Positions 7,213 to 15,142 of a stretch of DNA of 24,000 nt are shown here, piece by piece (the stretch's first letter is position 1; each line of letters starts with the position of its first letter). The DNA is taken from sequence record MZ820093.1; one strand, 5' to 3'. The notes beneath the pieces are model-generated. The model ran no database searches and was not told the origin of the DNA. It saw only the letters and a list, made by a program, of their open reading frames with translations. The translations under genes and the position numbers were made by a program. This DNA comes from Streptomyces phage Forrest.

Positions 7213-9138
7213 ATGCGACCTAATGCAAATGTGGCTGAGCGCAAGGGTGACCTTGGTGGCCAGAAGATTGCAATGACGTTTGACCAGAACAGTCTAGCTC
7301 ATCTTATGAATGTCATGACCGACCTTTATGCCGATGCCGAGCTTGCGGTAATTCGTGAGTACAGCACTAATGCATGGGATTCGCACAAGGCGGCGGGCAT
7401 TAATAAGCCTATTGAGGTTACGCTTCCTAATGGACTTTCACCTTACTTCAAGGTGAAGGATTATGGTCTGGGAATGGATATTGACGATATTGAGAACATC
7501 TATTCTCAGTATGGTGCTTCTACCAAGCGTGACACTGATGACCAAGTTGGTATGCTTGGTCTGGGATGTAAGTCTGCACTCTCTTATACCCAGCAATTTA
7601 ACGTTGTGGCCGTGAAGAATGGTCACAAGTACAATGTTGCTGTGAGTAGGACTGAGAATGGTTCTGGTGTTATGGAGATTGTTCTTGACACTGAGACCGA
7701 TGAGCCTAATGGCGTGGAAATCATTGTCCCTGCTAAGCGTGGAAACATGTTTGAGCAGAAGGCTAAGGAGTTTTACCAGTTCTGGGAGCGCGGAAGTGTT
7801 CTCGTTAATGGTGAAGAGCCTGATTACATTTCCGGCCGGGAGGTGAAGGATGGACTTCTTATGGTTCCCGAGCTGTCCAAGGATTACCTGATTATGGGTA
7901 ACGTTGGATATCCTCTCGATGACCGACACCAGATTGGTAATCGCACCTATTACTCTCGATATGGTGTTGTTGCTCGTGTTGAGATTGGTGATGTCAACTT
8001 TACGCCTTCTCGTGAGTCTCTGCACTACACGAAGAAGACTGAGGCTACTATCAATCGAATCCGTGAGGAATTCAAGACGGGGCTCGATGGAATTGTTGAG
8101 CGTGATGTTACTGCCTGTGCAACTCAGGAAGAGGCTCTTAACACTTATCTTGAGTGGTACAATCTTCTTGGCGGCGGATACAATCGATACCCGTTTGCTG
8201 ATGTTGAATACCAGGGCAAGAAGGTTCCTCTGCGAATTGAGCACCCCTTCCTTGTGTATAAGGTGAATCACACGCGATATGCAGTTGATTCTCACAACTT
8301 CATTGACATCAAGACTGCGCGCGATACCCCTATCATTTATGGGTTCGCTGGTGAAAAGATTAGCGGCCATCAGCGAGAGAAGATGCGTACATGGCGCACT
8401 CTCAATGGATTCACTTCCAACAACATTCTTATCTGTGATGAACTGCCGGATGTTCTTGAAGAGGATTGGATTCCTGAGAGCAAGGTCTACTCTTGGGATG
8501 ACGTAAAGACTGCTAAGGCTCCAGGCCAGAAGTCTGGTCGGCCCGCTGCTCTGTATGACGTTTATCTGCCGGGTGCCACTCGCATCAAGCAAATCAAGGC
8601 TGACGAATTTCCTGAGGATGTGGAAATTGCTCTGGTGGCTCCGAGGGACCTGCCCAACTTCCGTACCGTTAAGGCTTTCCTTGAGGAGAAGGACAATGTT
8701 ATGATTGTTCGACTTCAGCAGTACCGTTGGGAAAAGTTCCGCAGGAGTTACCCTGATGCAAAGGACCTTACTTCCTTCTTCAAGGAAATGTATGAGTCTG
8801 CCGTTAATGGTCTGACTGAGGATGACAAGTTCAACCTTGGCCTTGACTACCGGGTGCGAAGTCTGCTACAGTCTTTTAATGAGAAGGAAATTGCAGACCC
8901 GGAGCTGGTAACGGCAATCATCGCTGCAAAGGAGGTCAAGCCTAGCGATACTCTCAAGCGATATGAGCAAATGAAGGAGCTGTATGGCAACTTCCACTTT
9001 GCCCGCTATGGCCAGAGGGAAGTCGAGAGGGTCAATCCTCTTGAGAAGTATGTTCTTCTCAAGTATCATTACTACGACATGGACATTGAGCACGCAACGG
9101 TTTACATCAATGCGGCTTACGAGAAGTTCGTAAAGTAA
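7213..9138 (+). CDS. rIIA-like: rIIA-like protein with GHKL ATPase fold
   Basis: IREYSTNAWDSH, VKDYGLGMDIDDI, GMLGLGCKSALSY Bergerat-type motifs plus adjacency to rIIB-like gene. Confidence 0.88.
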   Translation: MRPNANVAERKGDLGGQKIAMTFDQNSLAHLMNVMTDLYADAELAVIREYSTNAWDSHKAAGINKPIEVTLPNGLSPYFKVKDYGLGMDIDDIENIYSQYGASTKRDTDDQVGMLGLGCKSALSYTQQFNVVAVKNGHKYNVAVSRTENGSGVMEIVLDTETDEPNGVEIIVPAKRGNMFEQKAKEFYQFWERGSVLVNGEEPDYISGREVKDGLLMVPELSKDYLIMGNVGYPLDDRHQIGNRTYYSRYGVVARVEIGDVNFTPSRESLHYTKKTEATINRIREEFKTGLDGIVERDVTACATQEEALNTYLEWYNLLGGGYNRYPFADVEYQGKKVPLRIEHPFLVYKVNHTRYAVDSHNFIDIKTARDTPIIYGFAGEKISGHQREKMRTWRTLNGFTSNNILICDELPDVLEEDWIPESKVYSWDDVKTAKAPGQKSGRPAALYDVYLPGATRIKQIKADEFPEDVEIALVAPRDLPNFRTVKAFLEEKDNVMIVRLQQYRWEKFRRSYPDAKDLTSFFKEMYESAVNGLTEDDKFNLGLDYRVRSLLQSFNEKEIADPELVTAIIAAKEVKPSDTLKRYEQMKELYGNFHFARYGQREVERVNPLEKYVLLKYHYYDMDIEHATVYINAAYEKFVK

Positions 9139-9145
9139 TTGGTAC

Positions 9146-9166
9146 GCTCCCGAAAGGGAGCAAGCT
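9146..9166 (+). promoter_or_regulatory. GCTCCC-GAAA-GGGAGC hairpin + AAGCT
   Basis: perfect 6-bp GNRA hairpin. Confidence 0.6.
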
Positions 9167-9199
9167 CCGGAAAACTAATCTAATATTAGGAGAAAATAA

Positions 9200-10213
9200 A
9201 TGAAGTATAATCTTGTCCAGATGGAAGATGGCGGAGAGGCTAACCTTACCGTCGTTCATGATGGAGAGATGTACGTTGCAACGGATACTCACCCGAATTT
9301 CGCGCGAATTGTCGCCGGTCTTGCTACGGGTGATGAGAGTGTAGTTGAACTGTTTGATGTTCAGAAGACTGCACAGAAGCGTTTCGAGCGCCTTTCTGAG
9401 CGGGTTACTGTTTCAAATGGTAAGGTCTATCTCGATGGTGAAGAGGTGGATAACGCTCTCACTCAGCAGGTTATCAACTTTATCAATGCTGGTGTTGAGG
9501 ACTTCAAGCCTCTCATCAATTTCTTTGAGAAGGTTGAGACTAACCCGAATCCTCACAGCCGAGTTCAGCTCTATTCTTGGCTTCGTGACCGTAACATCAC
9601 CCTGACTGAGGATGGCAATTTCATTGCTTACAAGGGTGTTCGTGTTGAGGATGGTGAGTATTTCAGCATTTCTACCGGAAAGGCTATTTCGAATGGCGTA
9701 GAGTACAATGGCGCTATTCCTAATCCTCTCGGTGCTGTTGTTGAAATGCCTCGCTCTGAGGTTCAGCATGACCCTAGCGTCGGCTGTCACACTGGTCTGC
9801 ACGCTGGTACGTGGAATTACGCTCGTGATTTTGCGCGGGGTGCGGTTCTGACCGTTGAGATTAATCCGCGTGACGTAGTTTCCGTTCCTACGGACTGTGA
9901 TGCTCAGAAGTTGCGTGTCTGTCGATACGTTGTCAAGGATGTGACCGAGGTTGAGCTTGACACTCCGGTTTACCCAACGTACGATGATTACGAGATTGAC
10001 GAGTACGATGACCTTGGTTACGACGACGATTCTGATTACGATGATGAGGATGTTGACACTGAGGCTCCGACTCATGTAGAGTCTGAGGAAGAGAAGGAGG
10101 CCACCGAGTCTACGGGCGTGGTGACTGCTGATGTCTCTAGTGCGATTACTTGGCGTCCTGTTGAGTCCCACTGGGCTCCGGAGGACCCTGATGCACCTTG
10201 GAACCGAGCCTAA
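9200..10213 (+). CDS. rIIB-like: rIIB-like protein
   Basis: GNFIAYKGVR, VGCHTGLHAGTWNYARDF, KLRVCRYVV pattern; acidic tail. Confidence 0.88.
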   Translation: MKYNLVQMEDGGEANLTVVHDGEMYVATDTHPNFARIVAGLATGDESVVELFDVQKTAQKRFERLSERVTVSNGKVYLDGEEVDNALTQQVINFINAGVEDFKPLINFFEKVETNPNPHSRVQLYSWLRDRNITLTEDGNFIAYKGVRVEDGEYFSISTGKAISNGVEYNGAIPNPLGAVVEMPRSEVQHDPSVGCHTGLHAGTWNYARDFARGAVLTVEINPRDVVSVPTDCDAQKLRVCRYVVKDVTEVELDTPVYPTYDDYEIDEYDDLGYDDDSDYDDEDVDTEAPTHVESEEEKEATESTGVVTADVSSAITWRPVESHWAPEDPDAPWNRA

Positions 10214-10220
10214 TCGGTTC

Positions 10221-10240
10221 GCCCCTTCGGGGGCAAGCTT
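10221..10240 (+). promoter_or_regulatory. GCCCC-TTCG-GGGGC hairpin + AAGCTT
   Basis: perfect 5-bp UUCG hairpin. Confidence 0.65.
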
Positions 10241-10259
10241 CCTAACGAAAGGAGAAATA

Positions 10260-11036
10260 ATGTCCCGTATTATGGTGTTGGGTGATGTTCACGGAGAGAC
10301 TAAGTGGCTGGTCAACATGATTAACAAGGCAAGCCGGATGGGCGTGAAGAAGATTCTCCAAGTTGGAGATTTCGGAATCTGGACCCATGAGGCTGAGGGT
10401 CACCGGTTTCTTGACCGTGCCAATGAGGAGCTTCGTAAGAATGGCATTAAGCTCTATTTCGTTGGCGGTAATCATGAGAACTGGGACCATCTGAATTGGC
10501 ACGAGAAGAATGGTGCTAAGGATTGGAATGGTCACACCTTTATTCGGTCTCACATTCTTTACACGGGCCGGGTGAATCGGTGGACTTGGGGCGAGAAGGG
10601 CTCTGAGAAGGTTTTTCAGGCTGTTGGTGGGGCTTATTCAATTGACCGGCGTCGGCGGGTTGTTGGAAAGACTCTTTGGCTTGATGAGGAGATTCCAGAC
10701 CGTGTTGTTTATGGTCTGGAGAAGGCAGACCGGAAGTGTGACTATCTGTTCACGCATGATGGTCCTAGCTGTCTTCCATTCGCAAATCTGAAGCCTGATA
10801 TCGACTCTGATATGCACCGGCAGAAGATGGACCGAATTGGGCGGGCTACTCGGCCTAATCTCTGGTTCCATGGTCACTATCACAAGTGGATGGAGTACAG
10901 CTTTATGCACCAGGAGGGTTATTCCTTTGTGTATGGGCTTGACCGGGATTATCAGTTCTACTCTTACGTCATCCTTGATACTCTCACTGATGACGTTGAG
11001 ACTGCAACTGGTAAGATTATCGAGCACGGGAACTGA
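10260..11036 (+). CDS. metallophosphoesterase
   Basis: VLGDVHG, VGDFGIW, GGNHENWDH, HDGPS, FHGHYH calcineurin-like motifs. Confidence 0.92.
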   Translation: MSRIMVLGDVHGETKWLVNMINKASRMGVKKILQVGDFGIWTHEAEGHRFLDRANEELRKNGIKLYFVGGNHENWDHLNWHEKNGAKDWNGHTFIRSHILYTGRVNRWTWGEKGSEKVFQAVGGAYSIDRRRRVVGKTLWLDEEIPDRVVYGLEKADRKCDYLFTHDGPSCLPFANLKPDIDSDMHRQKMDRIGRATRPNLWFHGHYHKWMEYSFMHQEGYSFVYGLDRDYQFYSYVILDTLTDDVETATGKIIEHGN

Positions 11037-11039
11037 GAT

Positions 11040-11068
11040 TTGCCATTTGAATAGTTATCCAATACAAT
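11040..11068 (+). promoter_or_regulatory. predicted promoter
   Basis: TTGCCA - 17 nt - TACAAT. Confidence 0.55.
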
Positions 11069-11130
11069 GAAATGTATGGAGGTTAGCCCCTCCGATAGAT
11101 TTTTGAGGAGGTGTACTATTCAAATGGCAA
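11040..11130 (+). repeat. 16-bp perfect inverted repeat (arms 11040-11055 and 11115-11130)
   Basis: TTGCCATTTGAATAGT ... ACTATTCAAATGGCAA; right arm contains the ATG of the next gene. Confidence 0.95.
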
Positions 11131-11561
11131 GTGAAGAGAAGAACGAGTCACGTATCCTTTCTGCCGACGAGCGCGCTGCTGCTCTAAAGGAGGCTGACGC
11201 TAAGGCTGCAAAGGCAGACTACAAGCCTGTTACGGCTGTTGACGCTGTTGAGCCACACGGCCCACACGGTGTTGAGGAGGCTGCCGCTAAGCGTGCGAAG
11301 GACGCTGGTGTGACTGACCCTGCATTCGTTAATTACGCAGAGGCTCTAGAAAACTACCAGGCTCGTCCAGACGTTGAGCCACTTGATGAGCGTCGTGCTC
11401 GTGAGGGTGGACGTGATTTCCAGGCTGCGTCTTTCCGTCGTGAAATCGGTGGTACTGACAATTCTGGAGTTACCACTTCTGAGGACGTTTCTACTGGAGC
11501 GGCTGAGGATAACAAGGACAACAACAAGACTGTTGGTGCCCGTAAGCCTTCAGCTAAGTAA
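11124..11561 (+). CDS. Ala/Glu-rich hypothetical protein
   Basis: internal ATG (MASEEKNESRIL) with GGAGG 12 nt upstream. Confidence 0.75.
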   Translation: MASEEKNESRILSADERAAALKEADAKAAKADYKPVTAVDAVEPHGPHGVEEAAAKRAKDAGVTDPAFVNYAEALENYQARPDVEPLDERRAREGGRDFQAASFRREIGGTDNSGVTTSEDVSTGAAEDNKDNNKTVGARKPSAK

Positions 11562-11578
11562 GATTCATGCTTTTAGTG

Positions 11579-11610
11579 AAAACCCGGTGTTGACAAAGCA
11601 CCGGGTTTTT
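11579..11610 (+). terminator. intrinsic terminator with -35 (TTGACA) in its loop
   Basis: AAAACCCGGTG-TTGACAAAG-CACCGGGTTTTT. Confidence 0.88.
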
Positions 11611-11619
11611 GCATATACT
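11590..11619 (+). promoter_or_regulatory. promoter overlapping the terminator
   Basis: TTGACA - 18 nt - TATACT. Confidence 0.65.
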
Positions 11620-11644
11620 AGGTAAACAAGGTTAAAGGGTTAAG

Positions 11645-11673
11645 TTGACACGTTTTAACCCTCATGATATGAT
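11645..11673 (+). promoter_or_regulatory. promoter of HNH 11680
   Basis: TTGACA - 17 nt - TATGAT, 6 nt before ATG; -35 flanked by AGGGTTAA/TTAACCCT. Confidence 0.85.
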
Positions 11674-11679
11674 TGCATC

Positions 11680-11970
11680 ATGCCTTACAAAGACTACAAT
11701 GCATCAATGAATGCATACATGAAAGCGCGATGGGAAAGAAGGCGTGCACTCGCTGTTGAAAAATTGGGCGGGATGTGCGCTAGATGTGGCAGTCTAGAAT
11801 CATTGGACTTTGACCATATTGACCCACAGACGAAAACTATGACAATTGCTAGAGCTTCTTCTAGAAGTGAATCGTTCTTCTGGGAAGAGGTTAGTAAGTG
11901 TCAGCTTCTTTGCAAGCCTTGTCATATTGATAAGACAGCAGAGGACGCTAAACTTGCATTGCAGGGCTGA
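11680..11970 (+). CDS. HNH endonuclease
   Basis: CARCG..LDFDHIDP..CQLLCKPCHIDKT. Confidence 0.88.
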   Translation: MPYKDYNASMNAYMKARWERRRALAVEKLGGMCARCGSLESLDFDHIDPQTKTMTIARASSRSESFFWEEVSKCQLLCKPCHIDKTAEDAKLALQG

Positions 11971-11978
11971 AAGCCCAT

Positions 11979-12051
11979 GATTCGTTAGTTCAGTTGGTAG
12001 AACAGCAAACTTTTAATTTGCGTGTCCTCGGTTCGAGTCCGAGACGAATCA
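11979..12051 (+). tRNA. tRNA-Lys (anticodon UUU)
   Basis: GATTCGT/ACGAATC, GCAAA-CTTTTAA-TTTGC, CTCGG-TTCGAGT-CCGAG. Confidence 0.96.
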
Positions 12052-12054
12052 CTA

Positions 12055-12084
12055 TTGACACTCAGTTGTCAATCATGTTAAGAT
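12055..12084 (+). promoter_or_regulatory. promoter with palindromic -35 region
   Basis: TTGACA - 18 nt - TAAGAT; ATTGACA-ctcagt-TGTCAAT dyad. Confidence 0.7.
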
Positions 12085-12121
12085 GTTTGTACAATGCAAC
12101 TTAAGCGAAAGGTAAGGACTA

Positions 12122-12355
12122 ATGCCTAATCTCGATTACAAGGCGGCACACCGATTTGTTCGTGAGCAGCGTCGCAGTGGAAATGATGTGCGTTGGGAAG
12201 GCTGGGATATGGTATTCTGGAAGCCTACTCGACACGGATTCACTAGCGTGAATGGCGCTTTCAAGAATGGGCGGTGGGGTGTAGAATCCCGGATTTCCGT
12301 TAATGAAGACGGTGTGTGGATGGTCCCTAAGAAGAATGTCAAGACTACTCGATGA
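12122..12355 (+). CDS. hypothetical protein
   Basis: ORF MPNLDYKAAHRFVREQRR, downstream of promoter. Confidence 0.75.
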   Translation: MPNLDYKAAHRFVREQRRSGNDVRWEGWDMVFWKPTRHGFTSVNGAFKNGRWGVESRISVNEDGVWMVPKKNVKTTR

Positions 12356-12644
12356 ACTAGGTCTCGACCCTGAGGATTTCGAATGGCAAGACTTGGCTCT
12401 GTGTTCTAATATGCCGACTTCTTTTTTCTATGACAATTATGAGTCAGACCAAGAAACGGCAAAGGCCACAGACCAAGTTTGCCTTCGTTGTCCAGTACAA
12501 AAGCAGTGCTTTTTTGCCGGTGCGGGCGGAGAACATGGAGTATGGGGCGGGGTTTATTGGAATGGTGCTGGTAAGCCAGACAAGAATAGAAACGCACACA
12601 AAACCGAAGAGGTTTGGAATGAGATACACAGGAAGGTAGCATGA
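12336..12644 (+). CDS. whiB-like: WhiB-like transcriptional regulator
   Basis: C-S-N..., CLRCPVQKQC, GVWGGVYW: Wbl Fe-S and G(V/I)WGG signature. Confidence 0.92.
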   Translation: MSRLLDELGLDPEDFEWQDLALCSNMPTSFFYDNYESDQETAKATDQVCLRCPVQKQCFFAGAGGEHGVWGGVYWNGAGKPDKNRNAHKTEEVWNEIHRKVA

Positions 12645-12901
12645 GTCTTTATACTCCAGAAGTACAGAAGGTGTTTAAGACTATTAAACCTCCGTATCCA
12701 AACTTTATCGTAGACATGGTAGAGTACCAAGACTACCTTGCTTTGAGAGTTTACAAGGATAATATCGAATCGTTCAGCGACAACCAAAAAGTAGCACTCG
12801 CTGAATATCTCTATCAACTGAGAGATGCAATTAGGTCCGAATGTAAATGCCACATTGAAGGAGTCGAAAATGCACCACCGTCTAGAGGAAGTACGAAATA
12901 G
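12641..12901 (+). CDS. hypothetical protein
   Basis: ORF with 4-bp overlap to whiB-like gene. Confidence 0.7.
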   Translation: MSLYTPEVQKVFKTIKPPYPNFIVDMVEYQDYLALRVYKDNIESFSDNQKVALAEYLYQLRDAIRSECKCHIEGVENAPPSRGSTK

Positions 12902-13067
12902 CTATCCTCTGATTTACATTATCGAAGAGAGAGTGTGGGGTTTTCTGATTCAAGAGAACGCCTTCTTTTCTGAGGTGAGGTACAGTGTAGGTGGAATTGA
13001 ATACAACACTTGTCTGGAAAATGATGAAATCTTTGTTCCAGACCAGATTGGATATGAGAAGGGTTAA
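12870..13067 (+). CDS. hypothetical protein
   Basis: internal ATG (MHHRLEEV) overlapping upstream gene, GGAG upstream. Confidence 0.6.
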   Translation: MHHRLEEVRNSYPLIYIIEERVWGFLIQENAFFSEVRYSVGGIEYNTCLENDEIFVPDQIGYEKG

Positions 13068-13306
13068 TGAGCCAGGCAGAATGCAGTTCATGCGGAAGAC
13101 AGCATAATGACCTGAGAGCACATAGGTCAAAGTTGCTCATCGGAACAACGTTTCTTATGTGCCCAACCTGCCGGGCAGGAAAGATGGAGCCGAGATTTGC
13201 CATCATTCTTGCTGGCAGGTCACAGGGTGTAGATGTCGTTTCCGAATATGTAAAGAATAGGCGATATTGCGGGGCAGACATCCTCGCAAAGGAGCTTATG
13301 GTTTAG
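13067..13306 (+). CDS. zinc-ribbon-like hypothetical protein (CSSC..CPTC)
   Basis: ORF, 1-bp overlap. Confidence 0.7.
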   Translation: MSQAECSSCGRQHNDLRAHRSKLLIGTTFLMCPTCRAGKMEPRFAIILAGRSQGVDVVSEYVKNRRYCGADILAKELMV

Positions 13307-13344
13307 CGAATAAACAACTAAAAATCGGCGGGTTCGCCCGCTAC

Positions 13345-13416
13345 CCCTGGTTAACTAACTGGTAAAGTAGCCGATTTATAGTCGGATATATGTGGGTTCG
13401 AATCCCTCACCAGGGA
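13345..13416 (+). tRNA. tRNA-Ile (anticodon UAU), weak arms
   Basis: CCCTGGT/ACCAGGG acceptor, CCGA-TTTATAG-TCGG, T-loop TTCGAAT; one T-stem mismatch. Confidence 0.75.
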
Positions 13417-13422
13417 CAATGA

Positions 13423-13452
13423 TTGGACATTTAAGCATGTCACAGTTATACT
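13423..13452 (+). promoter_or_regulatory. promoter of membrane protein gene
   Basis: TTGGAC - 18 nt - TATACT, 6 nt before ATG. Confidence 0.65.
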
Positions 13453-13458
13453 TTAATC

Positions 13459-13890
13459 ATGTCCAGACTAGTGAATCTAGCTAGGGCTGCTGCCGAAAAG
13501 CCTACTGAAGCTGTCGAATACATCATTGGTGTAGCCGTTCTTCTTGTAGGACTTTGGTTTGTGAGTCCTTTTTATGAGCCATCTACGTCTATTCAGTCTC
13601 AGATTTGGGAGAATGCACATATCCCTCGCTACACTGGTGCTGTTCAGGCTTTGGTGGCAGCAACATTGTTGTTTGCTCTGGTCAGGAAAAAGTGGACAAG
13701 GAGGCAAACGGTTCGTCGTCAGGCGACGTTTGCCATTTTTGTTCTTTACCTATTTTACGGCTTCTCTTCCACAGTCATTCTAGGAATGGGGAGGGTGTCA
13801 TGGATTGCCACATTTGCACTTGCACTAATTTCGGGTGTGGCACATCTGAGGTTGAAGTGGGAGGAGGGTGAAGCTAATGCCAGAAATTAA
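13459..13890 (+). CDS. multi-span membrane protein
   Basis: ORF with several hydrophobic stretches. Confidence 0.8.
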   Translation: MSRLVNLARAAAEKPTEAVEYIIGVAVLLVGLWFVSPFYEPSTSIQSQIWENAHIPRYTGAVQALVAATLLFALVRKKWTRRQTVRRQATFAIFVLYLFYGFSSTVILGMGRVSWIATFALALISGVAHLRLKWEEGEANARN

Positions 13891-14176
13891 TCAGGCTTGG
13901 CTGGCCCTGCTAGGAGCTTTGCTGGGTGGTTCAGGACTTAAATTCATTGAACATTGGCTAAATCGCTCGAAGGTTAAGGAAGATGCTGCTACGCAAATGA
14001 GAACAGAGCTTCGTGATGAAATTAAGGTTCTTCGTGAAGAATTGCGTACAGTAGAAGACGAACTAGACAAGTGGCGTGGCAAGTATTATGAACTAATGGA
14101 TGAATTCATGAAGGCCAAGGGTGACCTTGCTGAAGCTCTGCGCAAAGCTCAAGAAAAGTCTAATGGTGATTCCTGA
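13877..14176 (+). CDS. single-span membrane/coiled-coil protein, holin-like in layout
   Basis: N-terminal hydrophobic WLALLGALLGGSGLKFI then long coiled coil; overlaps upstream membrane gene. Confidence 0.65.
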   Translation: MPEINQAWLALLGALLGGSGLKFIEHWLNRSKVKEDAATQMRTELRDEIKVLREELRTVEDELDKWRGKYYELMDEFMKAKGDLAEALRKAQEKSNGDS

Positions 14177-14188
14177 CCTTAAAAGCGA

Positions 14189-14217
14189 GCGGAGCGCTAT
14201 ATCTCCGCATTTTATTT
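14189..14217 (+). terminator. intrinsic terminator
   Basis: GCGGAG-cgctatat-CTCCGC followed by ATTTTATTT. Confidence 0.65.
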
Positions 14218-14263
14218 CTAAACGATTATATAGTAGAATGGTTACGAAGGGAGGTGCACAATT

Positions 14264-14539
14264 TTGGCCTTTTATGTCGTAAACTCATTCTATTACAATG
14301 AGGAAACTGGCAACATGTTCCTTTATCTGACGAAGCCTGCGGATGTTTCTTATGAACACTCAGCCGAGTACGCAGCCGAGGATATTTTTGAAGCTCAGAT
14401 TTTCCTTGATGGCGGTATTCAGCTCATTGGAAAGAACCGTCCACCATCCTCAGATGGTACAATTCCGGGAGGTATGTATGGTCGTACAGCTAGCCCTAGC
14501 GACGACACGGTTAACCCACTGGAAGATGCTCCAGAGTGA
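14264..14539 (+). CDS. hypothetical protein
   Basis: ORF with GGGAGG RBS and TTG start. Confidence 0.65.
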   Translation: MAFYVVNSFYYNEETGNMFLYLTKPADVSYEHSAEYAAEDIFEAQIFLDGGIQLIGKNRPPSSDGTIPGGMYGRTASPSDDTVNPLEDAPE

Positions 14540-14542
14540 CGC

Positions 14543-14572
14543 TTGACAGACCCGTTGAGGTTCTGATAAGGT
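14543..14572 (+). promoter_or_regulatory. promoter upstream of tRNA-Glu
   Basis: TTGACA - 18 nt - TAAGGT. Confidence 0.6.
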
Positions 14573-14614
14573 ATTAAGTACAAGGTAAGGCAACCGCCCA
14601 AGAGTTGCCAACAT

Positions 14615-14690
14615 GCTCCGGTGGTCTAGTCTGGTCTAGGATACTTGACTCTCAATCAAGAGGTCACGGGTTCGAATCCCGTTCGGAGTG
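14615..14690 (+). tRNA. tRNA-Glu (anticodon CUC)
   Basis: GCTCCGG/TCGGAGT, CTTGA-CTCTCAA-TCAAG, ACGGG-TTCGAAT-CCCGT. Confidence 0.92.
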
Positions 14691-14699
14691 CCTTCTAAT

Positions 14700-14728
14700 T
14701 TGTATCCTGATAAGGGATACAGTATAAT
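14700..14728 (+). promoter_or_regulatory. promoter of LAGLIDADG ORF
   Basis: TTGTAT - 17 nt - TATAAT, 6 nt before ATG; dyad TGTATCC/GGATACA. Confidence 0.75.
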
Positions 14729-14734
14729 GGATAT

Positions 14735-15061
14735 ATGAATGAGAATGATTTGTCATATATCGCAGGATTTTTTGATGGCGAGGGTTGCGCCTACGTAAGC
14801 AATCCAAAGGCTTCTAATGGGAAGCGATATCCTAGAGTTCTAGCTAAGATTGCACAGAACGATAGGGAAGTGCTAGACTGGATTGCAGAACTATTCGGAT
14901 TCGGTAAGGTGTATGGTAAGGGCGACGGAACTGCAAATATGAACATTGTGTTTGCCAGCAAGCAGGCAAGAAAGTTCTTGACAGCAGTTGAACCTTACCT
15001 TAGAGTAAAGAAGGAAAGCGTTACAGAGATTCTTGACCTACATGGTAGAGAGCCTATGTAA
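14735..15061 (+). CDS. LAGLIDADG homing endonuclease, single motif
   Basis: LSYIAGFFDGEGCAYV. Confidence 0.9.
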   Translation: MNENDLSYIAGFFDGEGCAYVSNPKASNGKRYPRVLAKIAQNDREVLDWIAELFGFGKVYGKGDGTANMNIVFASKQARKFLTAVEPYLRVKKESVTEILDLHGREPM

Positions 15062-15068
15062 CACAAAT

Positions 15069-15142
15069 GCTCCCGTGCTTCAATGGAATGGCAGCAGGGT
15101 TTTCACCCCTGTGAATTGCGAGTTCAATTCTCGTCGGGAGTA
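15069..15142 (+). tRNA. tRNA-Glu (anticodon UUC), copy 1
   Basis: GCTCCCG/CGGGAGT, CAGGG-TTTTCAC-CCCTG, GCGAG-TTCAATT-CTCGT. Confidence 0.92.

Noticed and set aside
7438-8592. 384-aa minus-strand ORF
   Set aside because: Fully antisense to the rIIA-like gene, no RBS or domain pattern; explained by codon-position composition of the + strand gene.
9413-10171. 252-aa minus-strand ORF
   Set aside because: Antisense to the rIIB-like gene; low-complexity mirror of the acidic tail.
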